64,000 bases of DNA from Betaproteobacteria bacterium. Its GTDB lineage: Bacteria; Pseudomonadota; Gammaproteobacteria; Burkholderiales; Eutrophovitaceae. This document shows positions 26,886-36,430 of this stretch, piece by piece (within the stretch, counting starts at the first letter, position 1; the number at the start of each line of letters is the position of its first letter). The notes below the pieces were generated by a model. That model saw only the letters and a list, made by a program, of their open reading frames with translations, ran no database searches and was not told the origin of the DNA. A program made the translations under genes and the position numbers. The stretch covers positions 3,247,688 to 3,311,687 of the forward strand of contig CP070775.1 of the NCBI GenBank assembly GCA_020346185.1, given 5' to 3'.

Positions 26886-28172
26886 CTAGCCCTGCAGGCG
26901 GCTGAATGCTTTCCGAGCCGCATCAAAGGTCCGCTCCAGCTCACCTTGGCCGTGCGCCGCAGACACGAAACCCGCCTCGAACGCAGAGGGCGCGATCGCA
27001 ATTCCGGCGTCAAGCATATGGTGGAAGAAACGATTGAACTTGTCTGCGTCGGCCTGCATAACCTGAGCAAACGACTGCGGGACGCCAGCCCTGAAATACA
27101 AACCGAACATACCTCCGACTGATTGCCCGCTGAAATCCTGATTTGCCTCTCGCGCAATTCGCAACAATCCGTCCACAAGCTGGCTGGTTGTCGCCGACAG
27201 ACTTTCGAAAAACCCGGGCTCACTGACCAGCTTGAGTGTTGCAAGCCCGGCCGCTAGCGCGACCGGATTTCCGGACAAGGTGCCAGCCTGATAAACGGGC
27301 CCAAGCGGTGCGATTTTCTGCATGATATCGCTCCGCCCCCCAAAAGCGCCTACCGGCATGCCACCGCCAATGACCTTGCCCAATGTTGTCACATCCGGAG
27401 TAATGCCGAACAAGCCTTGTGCGCCCTGCAGTCCGACCCGGAACCCCGTCATCACTTCGTCGAAGATCAACACTGCGCCATGATGTGTACATAGCGCGCG
27501 CATCGTCTGCAGAAACTCTGGCGTTGCCTTAACCAGATTCATATTGCCGGCGATCGGCTCGACAATCACTGCCGCAATCTCGCTGCCTTTCTCATTAAAA
27601 GTCGCTTCCAGCATCTCACTGTCGTTGTAGTCAAGCACCAGCGTATGCGCAGTCACTTCAGGTGGAACACCGGCCGAACTCGGCCGCCCGAAAGTAAGTG
27701 CCCCAGATCCTGCCTTGACTAATAGCGCATCGGCATGGCCGTGATAACAGCCTTCGAATTTAATAATCTTGTAACGCCCAGTAAAGCCACGCGCAAGCCG
27801 GATGGCGCTCATCGTTGCTTCGGTGCCGGAACTAACCACACGCACTTTCTCGACTGACGGAACTAAACCAGTCAGTAATTCGGCCATCTCGACCTCGGCT
27901 TCGGTTGGCGCTCCGAAACTGAGTCCAAGCTTCGCTGCTGCCTGCACCGCTTGAACCACTTGAAGGTGTGCGTGTCCCACAATCAGTGGCCCCCAAGAGC
28001 CAACATAATCAATGTATTCGGTTCCTTCGACGTCCCAGATGCGTGCGCCCGCACCTCTGGCAATTGTCGGCGGCGTTCCGCCAACCGATCCAAAGGCACG
28101 CACCGGTGAGTTAACGCCGGCCGGAATCAGTTGGCACGCTCGCTCAAACATCTGCTGGTTACTGATGGACAT
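26886..28172 (-). CDS. hemL: Glutamate-1-semialdehyde 2,1-aminomutase
   Basis: 428 aa class-III aminotransferase; N-terminal [12 protein letters not shown]; PLP-Lys region TLGKVIGGG. Confidence 0.95.
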   Translation of the reverse strand: MSISNQQMFERACQLIPAGVNSPVRAFGSVGGTPPTIARGAGARIWDVEGTEYIDYVGSWGPLIVGHAHLQVVQAVQAAAKLGLSFGAPTEAEVEMAELLTGLVPSVEKVRVVSSGTEATMSAIRLARGFTGRYKIIKFEGCYHGHADALLVKAGSGALTFGRPSSAGVPPEVTAHTLVLDYNDSEMLEATFNEKGSEIAAVIVEPIAGNMNLVKATPEFLQTMRALCTHHGAVLIFDEVMTGFRVGLQGAQGLFGITPDVTTLGKVIGGGMPVGAFGGRSDIMQKIAPLGPVYQAGTLSGNPVALAAGLATLKLVSEPGFFESLSATTSQLVDGLLRIAREANQDFSGQSVGGMFGLYFRAGVPQSFAQVMQADADKFNRFFHHMLDAGIAIAPSAFEAGFVSAAHGQGELERTFDAARKAFSRLQG

Positions 28173-28175
28173 GCT

Positions 28176-28829
28176 CTACTCCTGCTCCTGGAGCTGCGAA
28201 TTACGATCAGTCATTAGACTCGATAAAACGCGCGCTTCCCGCTCGACGTCGTCGACACAAAACAGCGCGCTCAGCACGGCTAGCGCATCAACATCTCGCT
28301 CGATCAACCTGATGGCGTTGTCCCTGTTGATGCCGCCAATAGCTACGACTGGCAACGACAGTTCCGTTTTGGCGCGAGACAACAACTCCAGGGAGGCACA
28401 CACTGCGGCTGGTTTGGTTTTCGATGGAAAAAAACTGCCGAACGCGACATAGTCGGCGCCGGCCGCCTGCAGGGCCCGAGCGCGAGCCAGATCGTTGTAG
28501 CAAGACACACCAATGATTTTGTCAGCGCCAAGTCGGCCGCGTGCATCCGCGAGCGAATCATCATCCTTGCCGAGATGAACCCCGTGGGCATCCACATCGG
28601 CTGCCAAGCGTGAATCGTCGTTAACGATCAGTGTGCCATTGATATCTTGCAAGAGTTCGACGAGGGCGGCGCACTGGAACTGCCGCAAGCCGACCGATCC
28701 AGTTTTATTGCGGTATTGGACGATTCTGACCCCGCCGGTCAACGCCGCTGCTACTATTGCGACCAGCCTCGGGGTGTCTACGATCTCCGGTGTGATCGCA
28801 TAGACCCCGCTAACCCGGCCGCGCTTCAT
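28176..28829 (-). CDS. thiE: Thiamine-phosphate synthase
   Basis: Conserved GVYAITPE...GGVRIVQYRNK...VAIGGI. Start set at ATG 28829 (MKRGRVSG), preceded by GAGGGA; this is the last usable start and still overlaps thiD by 20 nt. The ORF extends to 28874. Confidence 0.85.
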   Translation of the reverse strand: MKRGRVSGVYAITPEIVDTPRLVAIVAAALTGGVRIVQYRNKTGSVGLRQFQCAALVELLQDINGTLIVNDDSRLAADVDAHGVHLGKDDDSLADARGRLGADKIIGVSCYNDLARARALQAAGADYVAFGSFFPSKTKPAAVCASLELLSRAKTELSLPVVAIGGINRDNAIRLIERDVDALAVLSALFCVDDVEREARVLSSLMTDRNSQLQEQE

Positions 28830-29646
28830 CCATTCCCTCGTCATCGTGCGCCCAAAAAAAACGGTCCGGAACAAGTTGCCCCATCCCTGCTCGATAAGCA
28901 GATTTTAGCGTCTGCCAAGTGTATTCCTGCGCGCTGCGCGACGCCGACGCGACATCGAGCCCGTGTGCGATGTGCGCGGCCAGAGCAGCCGCCAGCGTGC
29001 ACCCAGAACCATGATAAGAGCCTGGCAGCCGCCGCCAACTGTCTGAACGCACTAAACCACCAGTTGCGTAGAGCGTGTTGGTAACTTCGATCGTGTTCTC
29101 GTGTGTGCCACTGACCAATACGTACTCGGTGCCCAGTTCCAGCAACCTCGCAGCGCACTGCTCCAATGACAGGTCCTCGGTCTCGTCGCTGTCTTGCGAG
29201 GCCAGACGACGCGCCTCATGGCTGTTGGGCGTGAGCACCGTCGCTTGCGGCAGCAACATTTCACACATTGCGCTGATCAGGTTTTCAGATGCAAGCTCGT
29301 CGCCCCGTCCCGATGTCAGCACCGGGTCAATAACCAGCGGTACATCTGGATAATCAGATACTACCTCGGCGATTGCGGCAGCGCCCTCAACGCTGCCGAT
29401 TACACCGACCTTAAAGGCATTGACCGGCACGTCTTCGAGTACACAGCGAGCTTGATCGACCATCCAGTCAGCATCGATCGGCAGCATGTCTTCTACGCCA
29501 ATCGTGTCCTGGATGGTGATCGCCGTTACCACGCACAGCGGATGACAACCGAGACTCGCGAGCGTAAATAAGTCGGCCTGCATGCCCGCCCCGCCGCTCG
29601 GATCGCTCGCTGCGAAGCTCAGCACAATCGGCGGTGTGTCAGGCAC
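28810..29646 (-). CDS. thiD: Hydroxymethylpyrimidine/phosphomethylpyrimidine kinase
   Basis: 278 aa ribokinase-fold ThiD (SDPSGGAGMQADL...GSGCTLAAALAAHIAHG). Confidence 0.9.
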   Translation of the reverse strand: MPDTPPIVLSFAASDPSGGAGMQADLFTLASLGCHPLCVVTAITIQDTIGVEDMLPIDADWMVDQARCVLEDVPVNAFKVGVIGSVEGAAAIAEVVSDYPDVPLVIDPVLTSGRGDELASENLISAMCEMLLPQATVLTPNSHEARRLASQDSDETEDLSLEQCAARLLELGTEYVLVSGTHENTIEVTNTLYATGGLVRSDSWRRLPGSYHGSGCTLAAALAAHIAHGLDVASASRSAQEYTWQTLKSAYRAGMGQLVPDRFFWAHDDEGMDEARPG

Positions 29647-29704
29647 GAGAAAGGGGACGCGCGATTGAATTAAAATACAATTCTATCTGAAAAGAACTGT
29701 AACA

Positions 29705-29893
29705 ATGACTGCAACCGAAAACAACGCATACAGGACCTACATGTGTCTCATTTGCGGTTTCATATACGACGAAGCCGCCGGTCTTCCCGAAGAAGGGATC
29801 AAACCCGGCACTCGATGGGAAGACGTGCCAATTAACTGGGTTTGCCCCGAGTGCGGAGCTCGCAAGGATGACTTCGAGCTGATTGAAATCTAA
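29705..29893 (+). CDS. Rubredoxin
   Basis: 62 aa; two CxxCG knuckles (CLICG, CPECG) with canonical spacing and a WEDVPINWVCP core. Confidence 0.9.
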   Translation: MTATENNAYRTYMCLICGFIYDEAAGLPEEGIKPGTRWEDVPINWVCPECGARKDDFELIEI

Positions 29894-29905
29894 CAGGAAC
29901 ACAAG

Positions 29906-30292
29906 ATGAGATTGCTCCACACCATGCTCCGCGTCGGCGACTTAAAGCGTTCGATCGCTTTCTACACAGAAGTGCTGGGAATGAGCCTGCTCCGTCAGTC
30001 GGAGTATCCGAGTGGTCGTTTCACGCTGGCTTTCGTCGGCTATGGGGACGAAAAGGACGAAGCCGTCCTGGAGTTGACACACAACTGGGACACTGACAAT
30101 TATGATCTCGGAAACGGCTATGGCCACATTGCCATTGAGGTCAACGATGCTTACAAAGCTTGTGATGCGGTAAAGGCACGAGGCGGTACGGTAACACGTG
30201 AAGCCGGGCCAATGAAGCACGGCACCACGGTAATCGCATTTGTCAAAGACCCGGACGGCTACATGATCGAGTTTATTCAGAAGAAGCGGTGA
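29906..30292 (+). CDS. gloA: Lactoylglutathione lyase (glyoxalase I)
   Basis: 128 aa; [20 protein letters not shown] and GYGHIAIEV metal-ligand regions. Confidence 0.9.
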   Translation: MRLLHTMLRVGDLKRSIAFYTEVLGMSLLRQSEYPSGRFTLAFVGYGDEKDEAVLELTHNWDTDNYDLGNGYGHIAIEVNDAYKACDAVKARGGTVTREAGPMKHGTTVIAFVKDPDGYMIEFIQKKR

Positions 30293-31055
30293 CACGTCGG
30301 TCAAGCTGGTTTGCAAGCTCGGCGAAATCAGCAACTGACAGAGTCTCTCCGCGCCTTCCAGGGTCTAGATTGCATGCGTTAAGATCTTGCTCTGTAACGA
30401 GGCCACGCAAGGCGTTGCGCAGGGTCTTGCGTCGTTTGGAAAATGCTGCCTCGACAATACGATAGAACAAACTGGCGTCACTCATAGCAACGGTCTGTTC
30501 AGGCCACATGCGCACAACAGACGACCAGACTTTTGGCTGCGGCCGAAATGCTTCTGGCGGCACGTCAAACAGCTTTTGTATTGCCCACCGGCATTGAAGC
30601 ATCACGCTCAGCCTGCCGTAGGCTGCGCTGGCAGGTTCCGCCACCATGCGGTCGACGACCTCCCTTTGCAGCATGAAGTGGCAATCCCGTACGCAGTCGC
30701 GGGACTGATTGACGGCAAACAGGATTGGAGTCGAAATGTGGTACGGGAGGTTGCCGACCAAGCGCAGTTCAGATCCCACTGATGCGAGATCAAACTCTAG
30801 GAAATCGACGCAATGGATCGACAGGCACTGGCCAGCGAAGCGCACCTCGAGCTCTCGCGCCACATCCCGGTCAACCTCAATTGCATCCATGCACCCGACG
30901 GCAGCCAGCAAGGGCCCCGTGAGCGCGCCGAGTCCCGGGCCAATTTCAACGATGCGATCTCTACGACAAGGGGCAACCGAGCAAACAATGCGATCGATAC
31001 AGGCGCGGTCAATGAGAAAGTTCTGGCTGAAGCGCCGCCTGGCACGATGGCGCAT
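30273..31055 (-). CDS. rsmA: 16S rRNA (adenine1518/1519-N6)-dimethyltransferase
   Basis: 260 aa; FSQNFL motif, SAM site [15 protein letters not shown] motif; downstream of surA. Confidence 0.9.
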   Translation of the reverse strand: MRHRARRRFSQNFLIDRACIDRIVCSVAPCRRDRIVEIGPGLGALTGPLLAAVGCMDAIEVDRDVARELEVRFAGQCLSIHCVDFLEFDLASVGSELRLVGNLPYHISTPILFAVNQSRDCVRDCHFMLQREVVDRMVAEPASAAYGRLSVMLQCRWAIQKLFDVPPEAFRPQPKVWSSVVRMWPEQTVAMSDASLFYRIVEAAFSKRRKTLRNALRGLVTEQDLNACNLDPGRRGETLSVADFAELANQLDRRVTASSE

Positions 31056-31075
31056 ATTACGTTCGAGCCGGCAGC

Positions 31076-32386
31076 TTAGCTCTCGTCGAGACGGTACTCG
31101 ACGTAGGCCCTGTCACGCTGCTGCCTGATCCAGTCCTGGTACGCAGAATCGGCTTTTCTCATGCGGATTGCCTCGCGTGCCATTACCCGCTGGCGTTCTT
31201 GCGACAAATCCTCGTCGCGCCGCTCAACAACCTTGATCAGATGGAGTCCAAACGGTGATCGAACCGGATCGCTGACTTCGCCAGGCTGCAAGGCATTCAT
31301 AGCACGCTCGAAGTCAGGTACCGTGTCGCCGGGAGACAACCATCCCAAATCGCCGCCTTTAGCTGCACTGGCATCGTCAGAATGCTGCCTGGCAAGATCA
31401 CTAAAGTCCTCGCCACCCAGTTCCATGCGCTGTTTCAGTTCTACGAGCCGCTGCAACGCGTCGCTCTCAGAAACGATCTCGTTGAGCCGAATGAGTATGT
31501 GCCGCGCGTGGGTTTGCTGAACGATGATTTTCGTTTCACTGCCGCGCTTGTCAACCAATTTAACGACGTGAAATCCATTTGCGCTGCGCAATACATCACT
31601 CACTTCACCGATACGCATACCCGAAACCGCCTCCAGGAAAAGCTCTGGTAAGCGCGAAGGCGGTCGCCAGCCGAGCGTGCCTCCCTCGAGCGCATCCGGT
31701 GCGTCAGAAACACTCGCGGCAACTTGCGCAAAATCCATCCCTTCGCTGAGCTGTCTGAGCGCATTCTCTGCCACTTCGCGTTTTGCGCGGATTTCCTCGG
31801 CGTTCGCACCCTCGGGTACTAGCACCAATATGTGCGCGACCGAGTACTCCTCGTCCTTGTCGGGCATCCTGTTCTCCGCATTGCGCAGGTAGCTGTCGAT
31901 CTCTGCTTCGCTGATGTTCACTCTGTTTTCGACCTCCCGTTCTCTAAGACGAGCGATCTCGATTTCACCGCGGATTCGCTCCCGGAATCGCGCGTAGTCG
32001 ACGCCTTCCGCCTCCATAGCAGCCTGGAACTGGTCCCGCTCCATCTTGTTCTCCGCCGCCATTCGGTCAAGCGCCATGTTAAGTTGCTGGTCACTGACAC
32101 GAACCCCGGTTTGCCTGGCTTCTTGCTGCAAAATTCGCGACAGGATCATGCGCTCCAGCAACTGACGCTGCAGCGTCGAACGTGGCGGCAATGGCGTTTT
32201 CTGCTGGTTCAATTGGCGCTCAGCAAGCTCCATCTCTTCATCTAGCTCGACCTGCGTAATCACTTCATCGTTCACAATTGCAACGACGCGATCGAGCAGC
32301 ACTGCGCTTGAACCGCTGCTTTCGTCCTGGGCGCTCACGGTCATTTGCACCGTCGCCAATAAAATGGTCAACCAAATACGTTTCAT
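31076..32386 (-). CDS. surA: Periplasmic chaperone / peptidyl-prolyl isomerase SurA
   Basis: 436 aa; signal peptide, N-terminal SurA chaperone domain, two parvulin-like domains; lptD-surA synteny. Confidence 0.9.
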   Translation of the reverse strand: MKRIWLTILLATVQMTVSAQDESSGSSAVLLDRVVAIVNDEVITQVELDEEMELAERQLNQQKTPLPPRSTLQRQLLERMILSRILQQEARQTGVRVSDQQLNMALDRMAAENKMERDQFQAAMEAEGVDYARFRERIRGEIEIARLREREVENRVNISEAEIDSYLRNAENRMPDKDEEYSVAHILVLVPEGANAEEIRAKREVAENALRQLSEGMDFAQVAASVSDAPDALEGGTLGWRPPSRLPELFLEAVSGMRIGEVSDVLRSANGFHVVKLVDKRGSETKIIVQQTHARHILIRLNEIVSESDALQRLVELKQRMELGGEDFSDLARQHSDDASAAKGGDLGWLSPGDTVPDFERAMNALQPGEVSDPVRSPFGLHLIKVVERRDEDLSQERQRVMAREAIRMRKADSAYQDWIRQQRDRAYVEYRLDES

Positions 32387-32491
32387 TTGGTAGCTTCAAT
32401 CGTAGTGTTGATAGTTCCCGACCGATGTAGACAGACGATGAAATGCTAGCTGTTCCAATGACACTGCTGAAAACGCCCCATCAAAGCCGTG

Positions 32492-34657
32492 TTAGTTGCC
32501 TTTGGTGTAGCCCTGTATGTTTCTGCGTAGCGTGTCCAGTGGATTCTGACCGAGGCGCGACACGCCGTTCAACTCGAGCTGTATGAAAAAGGACTCGGAG
32601 TAATCAGTCTCGCTAACAACGAAACGTGTTGCCACCAGACGTGTTGTCCAACAGCCGGCATTGTACTCCAGCCCCAGCAGACTCTCGAGTAACTTGTCAT
32701 CCCGAAGTGAATGATTCCAGCGCACCAGTCCCGATAGTTTCGACGTTAGTGGCCACTGAGCCGACACGTCGACCTGCTCCTGTTGATCGCGGGTGAAACG
32801 ATAGGCCAAATTGGCGACTTTTCCTGCGTCTGGCCGATACTGCAAAGCATGATTGTTACGCTGCAGCTGGTCATCAACTGCTCCATACTGCACGAAAGAC
32901 ACAAAGTTCCATGCGCCCGCCAGCGTTCCAACCGCCTCCAACAGCACATCGGAGCGGTCGGAACTGCGTGGTGGTGTATTCAGTGTCACAAGTTGCGGAG
33001 CAAAGTAATAGCGTTGAGCAAGTGTGAACCTCAGGCGCTCACTACCGTTACGCGGCTCGAGAAAACGGGTGCTAATCGCTGCGGTCAATTGATCTGCGTC
33101 GTTTATCCGGTCACCGCCGGTGAACTGATTCTCGGTGAAAATTGACGCTAGGTTGAAGGTGGCGATCGAAGTGTCAAATACCGGTAAGTCATCCTGATCA
33201 ACGAACGGGATGTAGACGTAGTAAAGACGAGGCTCCAGCGTCTGAATGAAATTGTCCCCAAGGAAACTTGCTTGTCGTTCGAAGGTGATGGCGCTGTCAA
33301 GACTGAATATTGGCAACTGGCGCTTGGTCGTGGCGGGAGGTTCGCCATCAAAGCTATAACTAGTGTAGTGGTAGCCAACCTTGGGTGTGACGTAAAGATA
33401 CGGCGTGCGCAGCGGCAGGCTGACGCTTGGATAGAGGATGTCGCGCCGGGCAGTTATCCGCGTCGGATGATCAAAATCGACCAGCTCTCCCTCAACCTTT
33501 ACATCCAGCCCCGACGGTGTCGGGCGCGTGGCGACGAGAGTGATCTGTGGCAAACGGGCATAAGGCGGCACGATCGGCGCGAGCGGGTCCTGCAGCGTCT
33601 GGAAGTCCTGAACGCGCCCACTGAGGTTCCACCAGCCGCCATCATAACTAAGCCCAGCCTCGCGCGGCAGGTTGGTAAGCGACGTAGCTGATATCTGATT
33701 ACTCAAATCGACAAAGTAGAAATCGTCCGACACGCCCAACCACCTCACGTAGCCGGTTGTATTTGCTCCAAAGCGTTGATCGTGCCGCAAGTTAAGCGCA
33801 TAGCGCGTCTCGTCCCTGACTCGGTCGTTCTCCAGATACTGGGCACGGATGTCACCGTTGAGGTTTGGTTTCAGGTATCGGAACTCGCCGCCGAGCTGAA
33901 CGCCGCGACGCGCCATGTAGCGCGGTTCGAACGTGGCATCGTAGTTGGGCGCGATATTGAAATAGAAAGGCTGAGTAAAATCAAAACCAGTCTGCGCGGT
34001 TTGCCCGATCGAAGGTGACAGAAAGCCGCTCTTGCGGTCGCGACTCAGCGAGAAGTCGAGGTAAGGCGTATACAGGATCGGCACACCCTTGAAGACGATC
34101 GAGGCATTGCGCGCCACACCTAGATCACGCGTTCGATCCAGATCGATGCGTCTGGCGCGTATGTACCAGTCTTCTTCACCTACCTCGCAATTAGTGTAGG
34201 TCGCGTCCTCGATTCGAGCCTTGGTTTTACCCTGGGTAATCAGCCGATCGGCCTCGCCGTGCACGCCAATGTCTGTCAGAAAGTAATCGACTTCCTCGAC
34301 CTCTCCAATCGAATCTGCAAGGTTGTAGCGCAGGCCGACACCGGTTCCCCACACACCTTGGCGCTCAAATCGCAGGTTGCCGCGCGCCACGACCTCCTGC
34401 GTTGTCAAATCGTAACGCAGATAGTCGGCGAAAACCGTCTCGCCGGTGCGGCGCAGCCGGACGTTTCCCAACGCTTCGATCTCGCGTTCCTGGCGGCCAC
34501 GTATGCGCTCAGCATCGACGAACACTGGAGCATTTTCCTCAGCCTCGCGCCCCGACTGTAACTCCTCCTCCAACTTCAGCCCCAGCCCCTGCGGACAGGC
34601 CGCCTCGGCAAACAAGCTCAACAGCAAGGTTGCATAAAGTGGTGTTTTACGATGCAT
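32492..34657 (-). CDS. lptD: LPS-assembly outer-membrane protein LptD
   Basis: 721 aa; signal peptide, N-terminal OstA-like jellyroll, large C-terminal beta-barrel rich in aromatic/Gly repeats; upstream of surA. Confidence 0.9.
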   Translation of the reverse strand: MHRKTPLYATLLLSLFAEAACPQGLGLKLEEELQSGREAEENAPVFVDAERIRGRQEREIEALGNVRLRRTGETVFADYLRYDLTTQEVVARGNLRFERQGVWGTGVGLRYNLADSIGEVEEVDYFLTDIGVHGEADRLITQGKTKARIEDATYTNCEVGEEDWYIRARRIDLDRTRDLGVARNASIVFKGVPILYTPYLDFSLSRDRKSGFLSPSIGQTAQTGFDFTQPFYFNIAPNYDATFEPRYMARRGVQLGGEFRYLKPNLNGDIRAQYLENDRVRDETRYALNLRHDQRFGANTTGYVRWLGVSDDFYFVDLSNQISATSLTNLPREAGLSYDGGWWNLSGRVQDFQTLQDPLAPIVPPYARLPQITLVATRPTPSGLDVKVEGELVDFDHPTRITARRDILYPSVSLPLRTPYLYVTPKVGYHYTSYSFDGEPPATTKRQLPIFSLDSAITFERQASFLGDNFIQTLEPRLYYVYIPFVDQDDLPVFDTSIATFNLASIFTENQFTGGDRINDADQLTAAISTRFLEPRNGSERLRFTLAQRYYFAPQLVTLNTPPRSSDRSDVLLEAVGTLAGAWNFVSFVQYGAVDDQLQRNNHALQYRPDAGKVANLAYRFTRDQQEQVDVSAQWPLTSKLSGLVRWNHSLRDDKLLESLLGLEYNAGCWTTRLVATRFVVSETDYSESFFIQLELNGVSRLGQNPLDTLRRNIQGYTKGN

Positions 34658-34725
34658 CGAACGCGGAGAATCGTAGCCGGGTGCTAAAATGCAAGTGAAT
34701 CATATCGTCAATCCGCATCATCACG

Positions 34726-35721
34726 TTGGAACGGTTGGACTCGCTCTCGCGCTGGCTGACATCTCATTCGTCGGGACGGCGCTTTACCCTTGCCCCAGTA
34801 TCGGCTGACGCCAGTTTCCGGCGTTACTTCAGAGTTCGCTTCGAAGATGGATCGACGTTGATTGCCATGGATGCCCCCCCTCAGCAAGAACACAGCGCCC
34901 CTTTCGTCAGGGTTGCGCATATTATGGCTAAATGCGGTTTACATGTTCCGGAGATTGTTGCCTGCGACCTCGAACAGGGTTTCATATTGCTTTCCGATCT
35001 CGGAGAGAAAACTTATCTTTCAGCATTGGACGAGTCCACCGCTGACGCGCTGTTTGATGATGCCACTACCGCACTGACGCTTTGGCAGCTAGCGAGCCGG
35101 AAAGACGTGTTGCCACCTTACGACGACAAATTGCTGTGGCGCGAGCTTGATCTGTTTCCCGAGTGGTACGTCTCCAAGCATCTAGGCGTGACGCTGCACA
35201 CATCGCAGCGCGAAACACTGACGTCGACCTTTGAGCTCATCGTCAAGAATAGTTTGTCGCAACCCTCGACTTTCGTCCATCGGGACTACATGCCCCGAAA
35301 CCTGATGGTGTCGGAGCCTAACCCGGGCATACTTGATTTCCAGGACGCAGTGTACGGACCGATCAGCTACGATGTCGTGTCGCTTTTTCGTGACGCCTTC
35401 ATCAGTTGGGAGGAGGAACGCGTCCTTGACTGGGTCGTGCGCTATTGGGAGAAGGCGCGCAGGGCAAGCCTGCCAGTGCGCGCCGACTTTGGCGAATTCT
35501 ATCGAGAGCTCGAATGGATGGGTTTGCAACGTCACCTGAAAGTGCTTGGTATTTTTGCGCGCATACGCTATCGCGATGGAAAGCCGGCCTACCTGGAAGA
35601 CGCGCCCCGATTTCTCGGCTACATCCGTTCGGTGGCACAAAGGTATGCCGCACTGGCGCCGTTGCTTAAGTTGCTTGACCAACTCGACGACCAGATTAGC
35701 CGAGCCAGTCAAGGCAACTAG
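34726..35721 (+). CDS. amgK: Anomeric MurNAc/GlcNAc kinase AmgK (APH-fold phosphotransferase)
   Basis: 331 aa; kinase catalytic loop HRDYMPRNLMV and ILDFQDA; divergent from lptD and followed by murU, as in Pseudomonas. Confidence 0.7.
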   Translation: MERLDSLSRWLTSHSSGRRFTLAPVSADASFRRYFRVRFEDGSTLIAMDAPPQQEHSAPFVRVAHIMAKCGLHVPEIVACDLEQGFILLSDLGEKTYLSALDESTADALFDDATTALTLWQLASRKDVLPPYDDKLLWRELDLFPEWYVSKHLGVTLHTSQRETLTSTFELIVKNSLSQPSTFVHRDYMPRNLMVSEPNPGILDFQDAVYGPISYDVVSLFRDAFISWEEERVLDWVVRYWEKARRASLPVRADFGEFYRELEWMGLQRHLKVLGIFARIRYRDGKPAYLEDAPRFLGYIRSVAQRYAALAPLLKLLDQLDDQISRASQGN

Positions 35722-35722
35722 C

Positions 35723-36430
35723 ATGCCCGGCGTAGCGACCACCGCCATGATACTTGCCGCCGGACGCGGCGAGCGAATGCGACCGATCACAGATTCCACA
35801 CCGAAGCCTTTGCTTGAAGTTGGCGGACGATCCCTGATCGAACATCATCTGATCAAGCTCGCAGCGGCGGGCTTCAAACGCATCGTCATTAATCACGCTC
35901 ACCTCGGAGACCAGATCGTGTCTGCGCTCGGCGACGGCGACCGCTGGAATATAAAAATTCAGTTCTCCGCGGAGCGGGAAGCCCTGGAAACCGCCGGCGG
36001 TATTGCCAACGCCTTGCAGCTGATCGATTCAGACGCATTTGCGGTCGTCAACAGCGATGTCTTTTCAGATTATGACTACGCAAGGCTTAGAGTCGCCGCA
36101 CAACGGCTACTGGACGACGCGAAATGGCTCGCGCACCTGGTTCTGGTGGACAACCCGAGACACAATCCCGCTGGAGACTTCGCCCTCCAGCATGGCAGCG
36201 TTTTGCTCGGCTCCAAAGACAATCTGACCTTCTGCGGGCTTGCCGCCTATCGCGCCGACATGTTCGCCGCATTGGCGCCGGGCGAGAGGAGAGCGCTCGG
36301 CCCTATGCTCAAGACTGAAGTGCAGGCCGGCCGAGTATCGGGCGAGCACTATCACGGCAGTTGGATCGATGTCGGTACCCGCGAGCGTCTTTCCCACGCC
36401 AACCAACTCATGGGGCACAGGCAGAAGTGA
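35723..36430 (+). CDS. murU: MurNAc-alpha-1-phosphate uridylyltransferase MurU (nucleotidyltransferase)
   Basis: N-terminal sugar-nucleotidyltransferase signature ILAAGRGERMRPITDSTPKPLL. ATG 35723 sits 1 nt after the amgK stop; alternative ATG at 35747. The longer ORF from 35546 lies inside amgK. Confidence 0.75.
   Translation: MPGVATTAMILAAGRGERMRPITDSTPKPLLEVGGRSLIEHHLIKLAAAGFKRIVINHAHLGDQIVSALGDGDRWNIKIQFSAEREALETAGGIANALQLIDSDAFAVVNSDVFSDYDYARLRVAAQRLLDDAKWLAHLVLVDNPRHNPAGDFALQHGSVLLGSKDNLTFCGLAAYRADMFAALAPGERRALGPMLKTEVQAGRVSGEHYHGSWIDVGTRERLSHANQLMGHRQK

Noticed and set aside
29647-29704. Possible TPP riboswitch upstream of thiD-thiE.
   Set aside because: The leader is under 60 nt and shared with the divergent rubredoxin promoter region. 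It has no THI-box-like (CUGAGA...ACCUGA) sequence.
35546-35722. 5' extension of the murU ORF into amgK, and similar extensions at paiB (36361), gltD (8277), aroB (15269), pilQ (18039), livF (46154) and engB (25977).
   Set aside because: The conserved N-terminal motifs begin at downstream starts that abut the preceding gene's stop. The upstream parts overlap real genes or, for engB, leave a 2-nt divergent gap.
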